A stretch of DNA of 36,536 nt, taken from Octopus bimaculoides. Its lineage: Eukaryota. The notes beneath the pieces are model-generated. The model was not told the DNA's origin. It made no database searches and worked only from the letters and a program-made list of their open reading frames with translations. Positions 36,201-36,536 of the stretch are shown piece by piece. A program made the translations under genes and the position numbers. The stretch is from positions 28,279,124 through 28,315,659 of the forward strand of contig NC_068989.1 in assembly GCF_001194135.2 (NCBI RefSeq), in the 5' to 3' direction. Within the stretch, counting starts at the first letter, position 1; every line of letters begins with the position of its first letter.

Positions 36201-36536
36201 GCGCAGCTCTGTATGCCTTGGGTATGTGCTGTGGTTTGCTGTGATGTTCTTATGGTTACTGTATTGAAAGTGTTTTGCGTAGGATGTGTGCAGTGCACAG
36301 TAGTGCAATTTTCTGTATGTTATATATATTTGTAAGTCCTGGTGTTTTTGTTATGTATTTGTCTGAATATTTTTTTATGATAGGAATTGTTTCTGTTTTT
36401 AGATTCCACATTCGAGTTATCTCTATTTCCAGGTCTTTGTATTTTGAAAGTTTTTCCATTTCTTTTCGAGAAACGTTGTCATCTGCTGTTATTGATACAT
36501 CAATTAGAAAGCATTTTTTTCTTCATGATCTTTGAC
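36201..36536 (-). mobile_element. R4/Dong-clade copy C (RLE C-terminus and clipped 3' UTR; continues beyond window)
   Basis: CFLIDVSITADDNVS, then ORF 36256..36459 (EKLSKYKDLEIEITRMWNLKTETIPII...IQKIALLCTAHILRKTLSIQ*). Confidence 0.92.

Overview
Eukaryotic, AT-rich, repeat-saturated genomic scaffold with three N gaps (646-1447, 9694-10686, 14311-14320). The SINE families and compound microsatellites look to me like a coleoid cephalopod, probably Octopus; this is recognition from memory, not a search result. The window is intronic DNA of one + strand host gene, of which three internal coding exons can be read (5623-5766, 22848-23042, 29839-29907; all GT-AG, all phase 0). They splice into 136 aa covering the cysteine-rich/EGF-like stalk, TM1, ICL1 and TM2 of a GPR158/GPR179-like class C GPCR. 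The ORF track misses two of the three exons. The introns hold four decayed mariner transposons, a near full-length decayed Tx1/L1-clade LINE (ORF1 plus APE-RT ORF2), a Penelope-like RT fragment, many tRNA-derived SINEs (three with clear target-site duplications), a 260-bp foldback element and an interstitial telomere-like array. At 30.9-36.5 kb there is a same-orientation stack of four different R4/Dong-clade (RLE) retrotransposon pieces plus non-coding passengers, joined by (TAA)n tracts. No intact novel protein-coding system is demonstrated. The most promising lead is the (TAA)n-seeded retroelement stack, with its shared 3' UTR stem-loop and a non-coding TAA-tailed element whose terminus is amplified into a 19-bp minisatellite. 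Boundaries of decayed elements are approximate.
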